Shown here: positions 36,812 to 46,344 of the stretch, one piece after another
How the letters are laid out: each line of letters opens with the position of its first letter
Numbering within the stretch: position 1 is the stretch's first letter
DNA from: an uncultured bacterium
Lineage (GTDB): Bacteria; Babelota; Babeliae; Babelales; JABCYS01
Direction: 5' to 3'
Length of the DNA stretch: 64,000 nucleotides
NCBI GenBank assembly: GCA_963705705.1
Contig: CAVPKK010000003.1
Span: forward strand, 128,001 to 192,000
Translations under genes and position numbers: made by a program
The notes under the pieces: model-generated
Database searches by the model: none
What the model was told of the DNA's origin: nothing
Seen by the model: only the letters and a program-made list of their open reading frames with translations

Positions 36812-38242
36812 TTACTCTTGTGCCATTTCGCTTTTGCTTTTAATCGCGGCTAAAAAAGGTATTTCTTCCTTCATCTTGAGCCGGTCGCGCAATTTTCGCA
36901 CGTAACCATCTTTATTCGTTTGACGAGAGCGGCCAATGGCCAGGCTTTCTGCGGGAACATCTTGTGTAATGGTAGAGCCTGCGGCGGTCATCGCGCCTTT
37001 GCCAACAGTTACCGGAGCTACTAAAACAGTGTCACTGCCAATATAGGCATTATCATTAATCGTCGTGGTGTTTTTTGCGACACCGTTATGATTGCAGACG
37101 ATAGTGCCAGCGCCAATATTTACCGAATCACCGATAATTGCATCGCCAAGATATGATAGGTGTTTTGCTTTTGTATGGGCGCCAATGATGCTCTTTTTTA
37201 CTTCTAGGAAATTGCCAACAACACTATGAGCACCCACAATTGTTTGGTTGTGTAGGTGTGCAAATGGCCCAACTTGGACGCCAGTTTCTAGACGCGCATC
37301 ATTAAGCACGGAGTGTGAATGAATAACTACATCATCTGCGATGACTACTTTTTCCAGAATTGAGAAATCACCAATGGTGCATTCAGAACCGATGATCGTA
37401 CCGTTGCGCAGTTGAACGCCGGCACCAATTTCTGTTCCGGCCCCGATTGAAACATTCAAATCGATATGAACAAATTGCGGAAAATTAAAACGCACGCCAT
37501 TGGCCATCCAATGATTAATAAGATCAGCGCGTTGAATTTGTTCAGCGGCCCACAGCTCTTTGAGTGTATTAATGCCACACACGCGTTCAAGCGGTGCGGT
37601 AACTAATTCTACGCGGCCCTGTTCGCTCGCCAATGGAACTAAATCAATTAAATAAAATTCTTGTTTCTGACTGCTTTTTTCAATGTCATTAATATGCTGT
37701 TCTAAAAATGTGCGACGAATTAAATAGATGCCAGCATTAATACAGCAATCCTCAACCGGATCACCCGTAAATTCATGCGCTTCAACAACTCTAATGTTTT
37801 GCGAATCTTTAATTACGCGGCCATACGAAGCAGACGGTTCAGGGTGATGCGCGACAATCATGCTCAAGAGTGCATTGCTTTGCTGATGCGCTTCATACAA
37901 TGATTGGATAATTTCTTTGGTTACGAGTGGCACATCGCCATTCATAATGAGTACATGGTCCGCCTGCCAAACAGCCTGCGTGCAACGCACCGCGTGGCCG
38001 GTGCCAAGCTGCTCTTCTTGCACAACGAACGATACTTGTGGCACTTGTTCTTTTACGGCTTTTTGTACCTCTTCGCGTGCATAACCAACTACCATCGTGG
38101 TTGGGATATGCATTGATTCTAAGAGCTTTGCGGCATAAACCGCCATTTCTTGCCCGCAAATAGAGGAAACGAGTTTGCTTTTGCCTGTTTTAAAACGCTT
38201 GGATTTTCCCGCTGCGAGTATCACCGCCTGGATGTTTTGCAT
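36812..38242 (-). CDS. glmU: bifunctional GlcNAc-1-P uridyltransferase/acetyltransferase
   Basis: VILAAGKSKR, QLGTGHA, GDVPL, hexapeptide repeats, HLSYLGD. Confidence 0.96.
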   Translation of the reverse strand: MQNIQAVILAAGKSKRFKTGKSKLVSSICGQEMAVYAAKLLESMHIPTTMVVGYAREEVQKAVKEQVPQVSFVVQEEQLGTGHAVRCTQAVWQADHVLIMNGDVPLVTKEIIQSLYEAHQQSNALLSMIVAHHPEPSASYGRVIKDSQNIRVVEAHEFTGDPVEDCCINAGIYLIRRTFLEQHINDIEKSSQKQEFYLIDLVPLASEQGRVELVTAPLERVCGINTLKELWAAEQIQRADLINHWMANGVRFNFPQFVHIDLNVSIGAGTEIGAGVQLRNGTIIGSECTIGDFSILEKVVIADDVVIHSHSVLNDARLETGVQVGPFAHLHNQTIVGAHSVVGNFLEVKKSIIGAHTKAKHLSYLGDAIIGDSVNIGAGTIVCNHNGVAKNTTTINDNAYIGSDTVLVAPVTVGKGAMTAAGSTITQDVPAESLAIGRSRQTNKDGYVRKLRDRLKMKEEIPFLAAIKSKSEMAQE

Positions 38243-38502
38243 TCTGGATCCTTTTAGAAATTTTACCCCCATGCAAGGATTTTCCCTGCACCTTGCCAAA
38301 GGGTGAAATGGGTAGGTAGTCTAACACTGCCAACTTTTCTTACAAAGTAACCTTTTCCACCCCAACCGACCCTATTATTTCTAATTGTATGAATACCATC
38401 CATTTTGGCCCCCAAAGCATGTGAAAATTTTCTAGGACCCGCTAGTCTGGAATTCACATAAGTTACATATAGACGGCTCAAGGCCATCAACTGGAGGTTA
38501 CT

Positions 38503-39096
38503 ATGTTTAATAAGCTATACGCGGTGCTTTTGTACCTTGGCATTTTTCAGCCAAGCGTTGCCGCGCCCATTCAAATCCCAACTATTAATGAACGCGGCCC
38601 AGCTAATGCCTGCGGGCACTGGGCAATCTCCAACGCAACTGCTTTAGTGAATAAACTAGGCGCCATCCAAGCGGCGGATAAGGCTCAACTTGCACAGGTC
38701 GCCGTGGAAGCCCAGCAGTGCGGCAAGGCTTTTGTGCCAACCCATGCGCACCAGCTCTCAACTGAAGAAATCGAATCGTTAGCAAAAAAAGCTGGAATTA
38801 TATGTTTTGTTTTGGGGAAATACCCAAATGGGCAAGTAGCACCTCTTATTTGGAATGGCTCGGGCGACATTACGCCATATGAGAAAATAGTAGCTAAATA
38901 CAACAAGATGTTGAGTAATGATGAAGCAACCTTTGCTATTCCTTGCATCTGCAATGTAGGTGGTCATTGGGTTATGCTTGCCGTCGTTAAGCTAGAAGCC
39001 CAAAAGCCATTCTTGGTGTTTATGGATAATTGTAACGGACCGGGAACACGGGTTCAGCCATTTGTAAACTATCTTAAAAAACTGTTTGCGCTCTAA
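38503..39096 (+). CDS. secreted putative papain-fold cysteine protease
   Basis: GGAGG RBS, signal peptide, NACG (C37), ICNVGGHW (H155), FMDN (D175). Confidence 0.6.
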   Translation: MFNKLYAVLLYLGIFQPSVAAPIQIPTINERGPANACGHWAISNATALVNKLGAIQAADKAQLAQVAVEAQQCGKAFVPTHAHQLSTEEIESLAKKAGIICFVLGKYPNGQVAPLIWNGSGDITPYEKIVAKYNKMLSNDEATFAIPCICNVGGHWVMLAVVKLEAQKPFLVFMDNCNGPGTRVQPFVNYLKKLFAL

Positions 39097-39182
39097 CAAA
39101 GCTTTATTTTTTCGACTCGCTCATTTATGCTACCGCTCCAACTAAGTAGGATATTTGGCGCACGCGAGATTCGAAAACATAC

Positions 39183-40439
39183 ATGCTACGCACAACAAGA
39201 TTTGCCCCTTTATACATTCTCATTTCTTTGCTGAGCTCTGCATCTGCATGCTATGCAGCGCTCACCTTTGACAACCAATATTTCCCTTTTGGCGATCTTA
39301 CCTATACCCGCAAATGGCCTAATTATAGTAACATTATCCCTGGTATGATGGTTGCTGTGGCTGATCATGCCCGTGCACATGACAGTGAAACTACGGGCCT
39401 CTTCCAACTTTTTGGCGCCTTAGATCTTAACGCTCTTGGTCGTGCATTAGAAAAAGTCGGCAAACCTAATCCATTGCGAAGCCAATGGCGTGGTAGCCAG
39501 ATCCCGGTTGCCCAACAAGGTACGCTTGAAGCCATTGGCGGAACCCTTGAATATAATCAAGCTTTTAACGATAACTGGTCGGCTGGGCTTGCAACTGCCT
39601 TTATGCGAGTGACCACACGTCCATTTTTTTTATTCGATAAAGAACGCATTACAATTCCTTTTACCGGGCCTGGCGAGATCGAAGAATTAGATAGAACTCT
39701 TCGCATCATGGCTGATGAGGTTGGGGTTGATGCTGGCGCTACAAATCATTTCGCTTTAACTGATATTGATACATATGTTCGCGTAGGGAATATTTGGGAT
39801 TATCCCATTGGGTTCCGTCGCGCTGATCTTGGCCTTCGCGTTGGTGCGTTATTCCCAACCGGGAAGAAAAGAGACATTTTTGAAGCTTTCTCAATCCCCT
39901 TTGCCGGAAATGGCTTGTATGGTTTTTATGTAATGGCGGATGTTGAACTTGAGCTTAAAGAAGATCTAAAATTTGGTCTTTTTGGACGTGTTCAGCAGCG
40001 GATACCGCATACTACATTGTTACGAGTTCCTGTTGGGCTTGAGCCAATTAATTTTGGCGCCATCGTGGGCAATTTCCATATATCTCCAGGAACGGTGCTT
40101 TCTTTCTCTGCTTATCTATTAGTTGAAGATATTCGGGGTGGCCTCGGTGGCAGTGTGCAGTATCTATTCACTAAAAAGTTTAGAGACCATATCCAAGATC
40201 AACGTATTTTCCCTGATCCGCCTGCAAATATTGCTCGTTATGATGGCTTATCAGGGTGGCAGTCAGAAGTGATAAACGCTCGCATGTTTTATGACTTTAG
40301 CCGCATCGGTGATGAAGAATGTCCTAAACGATTCTTACCAATTATTTCATTTGCTTGGGATTTTCCAGTCAAGTTTTTTGGTTCACCGCGCGTTGCTAAG
40401 ACCAATCGAATTTCAATTACCGTAGAGATACCATACTAA
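39183..40439 (+). CDS. hypothetical secreted protein, possible outer-membrane beta-barrel
   Basis: Signal peptide, many alternating beta-strand segments, ends RISITVEIPY. Confidence 0.6.
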   Translation: MLRTTRFAPLYILISLLSSASACYAALTFDNQYFPFGDLTYTRKWPNYSNIIPGMMVAVADHARAHDSETTGLFQLFGALDLNALGRALEKVGKPNPLRSQWRGSQIPVAQQGTLEAIGGTLEYNQAFNDNWSAGLATAFMRVTTRPFFLFDKERITIPFTGPGEIEELDRTLRIMADEVGVDAGATNHFALTDIDTYVRVGNIWDYPIGFRRADLGLRVGALFPTGKKRDIFEAFSIPFAGNGLYGFYVMADVELELKEDLKFGLFGRVQQRIPHTTLLRVPVGLEPINFGAIVGNFHISPGTVLSFSAYLLVEDIRGGLGGSVQYLFTKKFRDHIQDQRIFPDPPANIARYDGLSGWQSEVINARMFYDFSRIGDEECPKRFLPIISFAWDFPVKFFGSPRVAKTNRISITVEIPY

Positions 40440-40496
40440 ACAACAGTTGAGGGAGAACAGCATGATCATAACTTACATCAAAGAAAGGGCTTCCTT

Positions 40497-41558
40497 ATGA
40501 ATAACAAAAAAAGTTGGTTTTCATTTTTACCAGCACGCCGATTATTTGGCCTATTTTCCAATGATCTTGCCATTGATCTAGGAACAGCAAATACCGTAGT
40601 CTATGTGCGAAATAAAGGTATCGTTCTTGATGAGCCATCAGTTGTTGCGGTTAATCGAGTAAATCCAAATCAGGTGCTCGCCGCCGGACGTGCTGCAAAA
40701 GAAATGCTTGGCAAAACGCCGGAAAACATCATTGCCTGCCGGCCAATGCGTGATGGCGTTATTTCAAATTTTGAACTCGCTGAAAGTATGTTGCGCTTCT
40801 TCATCCGTGCCGTGCAAGATAATCAACGCTCGCTGATGCGCCCGCGTATGGTTATTGGTGTGCCATCAGGTATCACACAAGTTGAATTGCGTGCGGTAAA
40901 GGATTCAGCTCTTCAAGCAGGAGCGGGTGAAGTTGAGACTATTATTGAGCCTTTAGCTGCTGCCATTGGTGCTGGGCTTCCTATCGAAGAGCCATCCGGG
41001 AATATGATTGTAGATATTGGTGGCGGTACTACTGAGGTTGCTGTTATTTCATTGAAAAATGTGGTTTTCTGTCGCTCAATTCGAGTTGGTGGCGATGAAA
41101 TGGATCGCGCGATTGTTCACTATGTAAAACGTAAATACAATTTGCTCATTGGTGAACGTACGGCAGAAGATGTAAAAATAAAAATCGGTGGTGTCATGAT
41201 TGATGCATCGACTAATACCACCATGGATGTAAAAGGTCGCGATTTAATAACCGGTGTGCCAAAGACTATTGTATTAACCGGTCTCGAAGTTAACGAGGCT
41301 TTGTTGGAAACCATTAGCAGCATTATAGAGGTGGTTCACATAGCATTGGAAAATACCGATCCTGAACTTTCTTCAGATCTTGTTGATCGTGGTATCGTCA
41401 TGGCCGGCGGCGGCTCTATGCTTCGTGGCCTTGATAAGCTCATTAGCAAAGAAACTGGTTTGCCAGTTCGCATTGCAGAGGACCCACTACTTTGTGTAGT
41501 CAAAGGCGCTGGTAAAGTTTTGGAGAAGTTGGACTTCTACCGCGAAGCCCTGATGTAA
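40497..41558 (+). CDS. mreB: rod shape-determining protein MreB
   Basis: IDLGTANT, RPMRDGVI, VDIGGGTTEVAVIS, AGGGSML. Confidence 0.97.
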   Translation: MNNKKSWFSFLPARRLFGLFSNDLAIDLGTANTVVYVRNKGIVLDEPSVVAVNRVNPNQVLAAGRAAKEMLGKTPENIIACRPMRDGVISNFELAESMLRFFIRAVQDNQRSLMRPRMVIGVPSGITQVELRAVKDSALQAGAGEVETIIEPLAAAIGAGLPIEEPSGNMIVDIGGGTTEVAVISLKNVVFCRSIRVGGDEMDRAIVHYVKRKYNLLIGERTAEDVKIKIGGVMIDASTNTTMDVKGRDLITGVPKTIVLTGLEVNEALLETISSIIEVVHIALENTDPELSSDLVDRGIVMAGGGSMLRGLDKLISKETGLPVRIAEDPLLCVVKGAGKVLEKLDFYREALM

Positions 41559-41626
41559 TTGTATCTAATACTTCATTTCCCCATTTTAACAAACTGGAAC
41601 TAGCAACGGCCTTTTTCCGCATATTA

Positions 41627-41710
41627 AGGGTCCGTTCCCTCCCCTTAATAATCCCCTCCCATAAATGTTTTTTATATGGAGGGCTGGCCGCCCTCCATGC
41701 CACCCGCTTT
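41627..41710 (+). repeat. family C repeat
   Basis: agggtccgttccctcccct...cccctccc...tggaggg/ccctcca tgccaccc. Confidence 0.75.
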
Positions 41711-41872
41711 TACCTGCGAAAGTCTTTTTTTACATACGAAGCTTGATTTTAAAGATAGACAGGGTCGACAAGGCAGTGCCCACAGCGACCGTTGGAGCTC
41801 CGAGAAGGGAGCGAGGAGCAGCTGTCTTGAGGCCCGAAGCAATAAAGAAGAAAATATTCCATATCAAAATCT

Positions 41873-42649
41873 ATGAATCATAAAAGATATAATACGCCGC
41901 CATTAGGCCAACATTTCCTACGTGATCAGCACATTGCAGACAACATGCTTGCAGCAGTGAGCCTGAACAATACCAGTTCGGTACTCGAAATTGGCTGCGG
42001 CGATGGTTTCCTTACACAAACCATACTAAGTCATCCATGTGCGCGACTATGGTGCATCGAAATTGATGAGCGTTGGGCAGCCTATGTTCAACGCTCCATT
42101 TCTGATCCCCGACTGACTGTAAAACATCAAGATTTCTTAAAAACTGATTTTGCTGAATTTGAACCACATGCTCCATGGACAGTAGTAGCAAATCTGCCGT
42201 ATCACGTTACGTTTCCCATCCTTCAATTATTTCAGCAGCATCGTGATTTGTTTAAAGAAGGCGCGATCATGATCCAAGCCGAAGTTGCCGATAAGATTCT
42301 CAAGACAACCGGCCGTGGTTATGGATATATTTCGTTGTTTTATCAGCACTATTTTGATTGGCGACTATTGGATACCGTGTCACCTGAGGCATTTGATCCA
42401 CCACCAAAGATACTATCAAAAACGCTCCATTTTAAACCGCGTGCTCATCCTGAACCTATCCCCGAAGAAACTAAATTTTGGGATCATTTTATTCGTTCTT
42501 TATTCAAGCAACCGCGCCGTAATCTAAAAAATAATCTATTGCAGGGTGGCTATGATCTTGCAAAAATCCCAAGCGATATGCTTACATTGCGGGCACAGCA
42601 ATTGGATAAGAAACAGATTTTTGCGCTTTGGGATTTGGTTAGGTCTTAA
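41873..42649 (+). CDS. rsmA: 16S rRNA dimethyladenosine transferase
   Basis: LGQHFL, LEIGCG, EID, VANLPY, F.PPPK. Confidence 0.93.
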   Translation: MNHKRYNTPPLGQHFLRDQHIADNMLAAVSLNNTSSVLEIGCGDGFLTQTILSHPCARLWCIEIDERWAAYVQRSISDPRLTVKHQDFLKTDFAEFEPHAPWTVVANLPYHVTFPILQLFQQHRDLFKEGAIMIQAEVADKILKTTGRGYGYISLFYQHYFDWRLLDTVSPEAFDPPPKILSKTLHFKPRAHPEPIPEETKFWDHFIRSLFKQPRRNLKNNLLQGGYDLAKIPSDMLTLRAQQLDKKQIFALWDLVRS

Positions 42650-42717
42650 TTTTTAGACACATCATTGCTATTCACTTATTTAGCATGCTACGTTGATTTC
42701 ATCAAAAAGGGAGTAGC

Positions 42718-43401
42718 ATGAAACTAAGACAATTCAAAGAAGTAGCGTGGACTTTTTACCATTTCGTTGGAGAAGCACTTAGAATGACCTGGGCAGTTTG
42801 GCATCTAGCCAAATTACCTGAACCGCGCGTAAGTGTATTCGGCGGCAGCAAAATACAGCAGGACAGTATATATGCTGAAAAGGCCAAAACGTTGGTTAAG
42901 AAATTGGTTGCATTGCGCATCGGAATTATTACAGGTGGCGGGCCTGGAATCATGCAGGCTGCTTGTGAGGCATCACAAATGCCAAAAGGCGAGAAATTCA
43001 GTATCGGCATTTCAGTGGAAAAACTAAGGGAACTCGAAGGAGTATCTGAGTGTAAGCAAGAGATGCTCTATATGCATTATTTCTGGTCAAGAAAATGGCT
43101 ACTCACGAATTATTCAAATGCGTTTGTTGTTTTTCCAGGCGGATTTGGAACGCTGAATGAGCTCACCGAAATATCGACGCTGATCGAGACAGCCCAGTTA
43201 CAACCACATCCAATTGTGCTTATCGGTACTCATTATTGGAAACCATTCATGGAACAAATTGAAACTGCGCTTCACGCTCATTTGCTCAAGCAAAAAGATC
43301 GAGATCTTATTGTGATAACGGATGATATCGATAAGGCAGTGGAAATTGTTGTTAAGCGGTGTGAGGATGTTGAGTCATGTCGGATTGCCATGCGCCATTA
43401 A
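42718..43401 (+). CDS. LOG/YgdH-family nucleotide phosphoribohydrolase
   Basis: VSVFGG, ITGGGPGIM, PGGFGTLNE. Confidence 0.9.
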   Translation: MKLRQFKEVAWTFYHFVGEALRMTWAVWHLAKLPEPRVSVFGGSKIQQDSIYAEKAKTLVKKLVALRIGIITGGGPGIMQAACEASQMPKGEKFSIGISVEKLRELEGVSECKQEMLYMHYFWSRKWLLTNYSNAFVVFPGGFGTLNELTEISTLIETAQLQPHPIVLIGTHYWKPFMEQIETALHAHLLKQKDRDLIVITDDIDKAVEIVVKRCEDVESCRIAMRH

Positions 43402-43408
43402 AGAATTA

Positions 43409-44134
43409 CTATTGGCTATTAGATAGGCCGATGGCTCTAATATTAAATTGGTGCTGTAAGACGCGCATCATTTCCATTGGTGTTCGCGCATGAATGCAAG
43501 ACATTCCAGCCTTCTTGGCAGCCGCAACATTCGGGCATAAATCGTCAATAAATATGATCTTCTTAGTCTGTAACTCAAATCTGTTAATAAAATTACGATA
43601 TACAGCCAAATGTGGTTTTTGAATGTAACCATTCAACCGTTCCGAAATCATTATTCCATCAAATTGGGCAAAAAAGTCGGTAAATTTATCCTTCAATGGC
43701 GCAAACATACGTTCGCCGATATTGGATAATATATACAGCTTATATCCTTCTTTTTTCAAAGCTTTGACTAATGCTGCTGTTTCTTTAATCGGTTTTTGAG
43801 CATTGGCTAACTCTATGATTGTTTGATCTGCGGCTTGCAAGCTTGGATACTGTTTCTCTAATATTTGCATACCTCGTTCATAGGCAGTGGTCTGGAAATA
43901 AAAGACACGGCTGAGATCGATGAGAAATAAGGGATTGAGTAAATGCCGGAGAATATTCCATTTCTGAGGACTGTGCCACAGAATATGTGCGCGCTCAATT
44001 ATATCGGGGTGGAATAATACGTGATGCAAATCGAAGACGAAGACGGTAGTTTTCGGATTGATTGGTTCAGGCGCGGCAGATGCTAACCCTGGCGTAGCGC
44101 AAAGAATAAAAATAGTTAAAAGATATGTATACAT
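43409..44134 (-). CDS. HAD-superfamily phosphatase with N-terminal signal
   Basis: FVFDLHHV, ILSN, KP, FIDD...NV. Confidence 0.85.
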   Translation of the reverse strand: MYTYLLTIFILCATPGLASAAPEPINPKTTVFVFDLHHVLFHPDIIERAHILWHSPQKWNILRHLLNPLFLIDLSRVFYFQTTAYERGMQILEKQYPSLQAADQTIIELANAQKPIKETAALVKALKKEGYKLYILSNIGERMFAPLKDKFTDFFAQFDGIMISERLNGYIQKPHLAVYRNFINRFELQTKKIIFIDDLCPNVAAAKKAGMSCIHARTPMEMMRVLQHQFNIRAIGLSNSQ

Positions 44135-44202
44135 GGCATCCCAATTCTTCTTTATTAAAGTCAGTATAAAGAATTGAGAGACTGCTATGGAAGAATTGCT
44201 AC

Positions 44203-44871
44203 CTATTTAAGTTCAAGCAAATGGACCAGATCAATGTGATCATAATGATCAATGACCATATCCGCTTCTTTAAGTAAAGCCGGGTTTTTAGCAGTATTTA
44301 TACCAATGCAGAACATGCCAGCGGCCTTGGCTGCTCGAACGCCATGCGCGCTATCTTCTATCGCAACTGTATGCTGCGGATTAAGACCTAGTTGTTGGCA
44401 AGCATGAAGGTAAATGGCAGGATCTGGTTTGGTTTTATTATCGACGTGGCTAATGTTGTATAAATGTTCGCCAAAAAAACGATGCAAAGACAATGTTTCT
44501 TTGCTTAAATGGAATGTAGAGTCGACAGCATTTGTGGCAAGAGCTGTTTTTAAATTATGACCAACAACTTTTGCATGAAACTGTTCAAAGCCATCGATGA
44601 GGCGTAAACCTTTTGCATAATGTTCATTTGAAAACGCTACTAATTCTTGGGCAATCTCCTCAGCATCTTCTGGCAAATTAAAAAGCATTTTAAGTGCGGC
44701 ACTATTAAGAAATAAGTTTGCACCAGCAGCATGTTCTTCAATTGCCTTTTTTTCGTCGGCAGTGAGTTGAAAGCCTCTTTTTTTTAAAAAGGTCTCAGTT
44801 GCCATGCCCCAAATATATTCCGTATCGACAATGGTGCCATCCATGTCAAAAACTATTCCGTGGTAACGCAT
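44203..44871 (-). CDS. HAD-superfamily phosphatase (beta-PGM/CbbY-like)
   Basis: FDMDGTIVDTE, KPDPAIY, IEDS..GV.AAKAAGM. Confidence 0.92.
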   Translation of the reverse strand: MRYHGIVFDMDGTIVDTEYIWGMATETFLKKRGFQLTADEKKAIEEHAAGANLFLNSAALKMLFNLPEDAEEIAQELVAFSNEHYAKGLRLIDGFEQFHAKVVGHNLKTALATNAVDSTFHLSKETLSLHRFFGEHLYNISHVDNKTKPDPAIYLHACQQLGLNPQHTVAIEDSAHGVRAAKAAGMFCIGINTAKNPALLKEADMVIDHYDHIDLVHLLELK

Positions 44872-44929
44872 TTTTTTCCTGATAAAATACAGGACCCGAT
44901 GTCCTGGTTCTTGTTTTTAAGGTATTTCT

Positions 44930-45589
44930 ATGATTAAAAGTACATATAATATGCGGAATAATGCAAGTGCTGGCCTATCTTGGCTTATCCTTTTGAGCCT
45001 GGCTGCACTATTGAAAAGCTTCCATATGGCTGGTGGTGGTCATGCCCATTTCACCGGTCTGCCCCTGTTTTTACCCCTGCTTGGGGTTGCAGCCCTTCCC
45101 CTGAGCGGGGCCTTCGGCCTTCTAAAATTTTTCATGGGAACCAGTTACTCATTGCTTTCACTTGTACGCTTACCCACCCTATGTGGTGGTCTTTATTGGG
45201 CTAAAGACCATTGGTTTATCCGGGCGGGGATCCCAGCTCTCTGTATTATTATGTTCCTTGCTCATCCGGTTGGACTGGCCGGCTGGGGATATGCCATGCT
45301 TTGGTTGATACCAATAGCATTGTATTGCGCTGATGCCTTAGGCTCATTATTCATGACCGCTCTCGGCTGCACAATGACCGTTCATGCCGTGGGCTCAGTG
45401 TTATGGTTATATACCATCCCAATGACGGCCGAACTTTGGTGGGCTTTAATTCCCGTAGCCCTCGGCGAACGTATAATATTTGCGGCGGCCATGGTTTTGA
45501 TGTACCTTGTGCACCTCCGATTGAGTAGTTTTATAGCACGAATTCTATCATCCTGGATCGGCAGCAAAGAAAGCGTGGTAACAACGTGA
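44930..45589 (+). CDS. polytopic membrane protein (start uncertain)
   Basis: About 6 hydrophobic segments; overlaps the uppS start. Confidence 0.7.
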   Translation: MIKSTYNMRNNASAGLSWLILLSLAALLKSFHMAGGGHAHFTGLPLFLPLLGVAALPLSGAFGLLKFFMGTSYSLLSLVRLPTLCGGLYWAKDHWFIRAGIPALCIIMFLAHPVGLAGWGYAMLWLIPIALYCADALGSLFMTALGCTMTVHAVGSVLWLYTIPMTAELWWALIPVALGERIIFAAAMVLMYLVHLRLSSFIARILSSWIGSKESVVTT

Positions 45590-46344
45590 TCACAGCACAT
45601 ACTTCCGTAGCAAATTCAAATCACATCGCAATTCAACCAGCACAACGGGCATTAACACTGAATCATTTAGCCTTGGTAATGGATGGCAATCGTCGCTGGG
45701 CAAAAAAGCAGGGTCTCCGTGCTTTTTATGGTCACGGCCAGGGGGTCGAGACAGTCCATCGAGTAATTGAGTTTTGTATTCGAAAGGGGATCGGCTACCT
45801 TTCGCTCTATACTTTTTCTATCGAAAATTTTCGCCGTGCACCAGATGAAATTCAATATCTTTTTGATTTATTGGTTCGCGAAACTGAAAAAGGCATGAAA
45901 GATTTCATGGAAAAGGGGATTCGCATACGATTTGTTGGTGACCGGAGTTTGTTCCCGGAGAGTGTGCGTCCTGCAATCGAACGTGTGGAGCAGACTACCG
46001 CTGCAAATAAAACATTGCAGGTCAGTTTATTATTTTGCTATGGCGGGCGCCAAGAAATTGTAGCAGGAGTGAAATCACTTATAGCTGCCGTTAAAAACGG
46101 TGAAATCAGTGAACACGATTTAAATGAAGAGTTATTTAATGCTCATCTATGGACGGCAGGAATTCCCGAGCCTGATCTAATTATTCGTACCGGCGGTGCC
46201 CGACGCTTGAGTAACTTTCTTTTATTCCAGGCTGCCTACGCTGAATTATGTTTTGTAGATTGCTTATGGCCTGAATTACAATTTACCGATCTAGAAAAGG
46301 CAGTTGAGCAATATGAAGCCTGTCAACGAAATTTCGGCTGTTAA
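45586..46344 (+). CDS. uppS: undecaprenyl diphosphate synthase
   Basis: HLALVMDGNRRWA, FSIENF.R, YGGRQE, PDLIIRTGG..RLSNFLL. Confidence 0.96.
   Translation: MITAHTSVANSNHIAIQPAQRALTLNHLALVMDGNRRWAKKQGLRAFYGHGQGVETVHRVIEFCIRKGIGYLSLYTFSIENFRRAPDEIQYLFDLLVRETEKGMKDFMEKGIRIRFVGDRSLFPESVRPAIERVEQTTAANKTLQVSLLFCYGGRQEIVAGVKSLIAAVKNGEISEHDLNEELFNAHLWTAGIPEPDLIIRTGGARRLSNFLLFQAAYAELCFVDCLWPELQFTDLEKAVEQYEACQRNFGC

Noticed and set aside
41757..41827. SRP (4.5S) RNA
   Set aside because: Lacks the CAGG-GNRA-AGCA helix-8 arrangement; kept only as an unknown structured element.
41665..41883. Short ORFs in the mreB-rsmA gap
   Set aside because: They run through repeat and structured DNA, with no RBS or protein-like features.
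42445..42467. Family A-like gctcatcctgaacctatc in rsmA (AHPEPI)
   Set aside because: Only about 11 bp of exact match, no right arm and no apparent length increase; may be chance.
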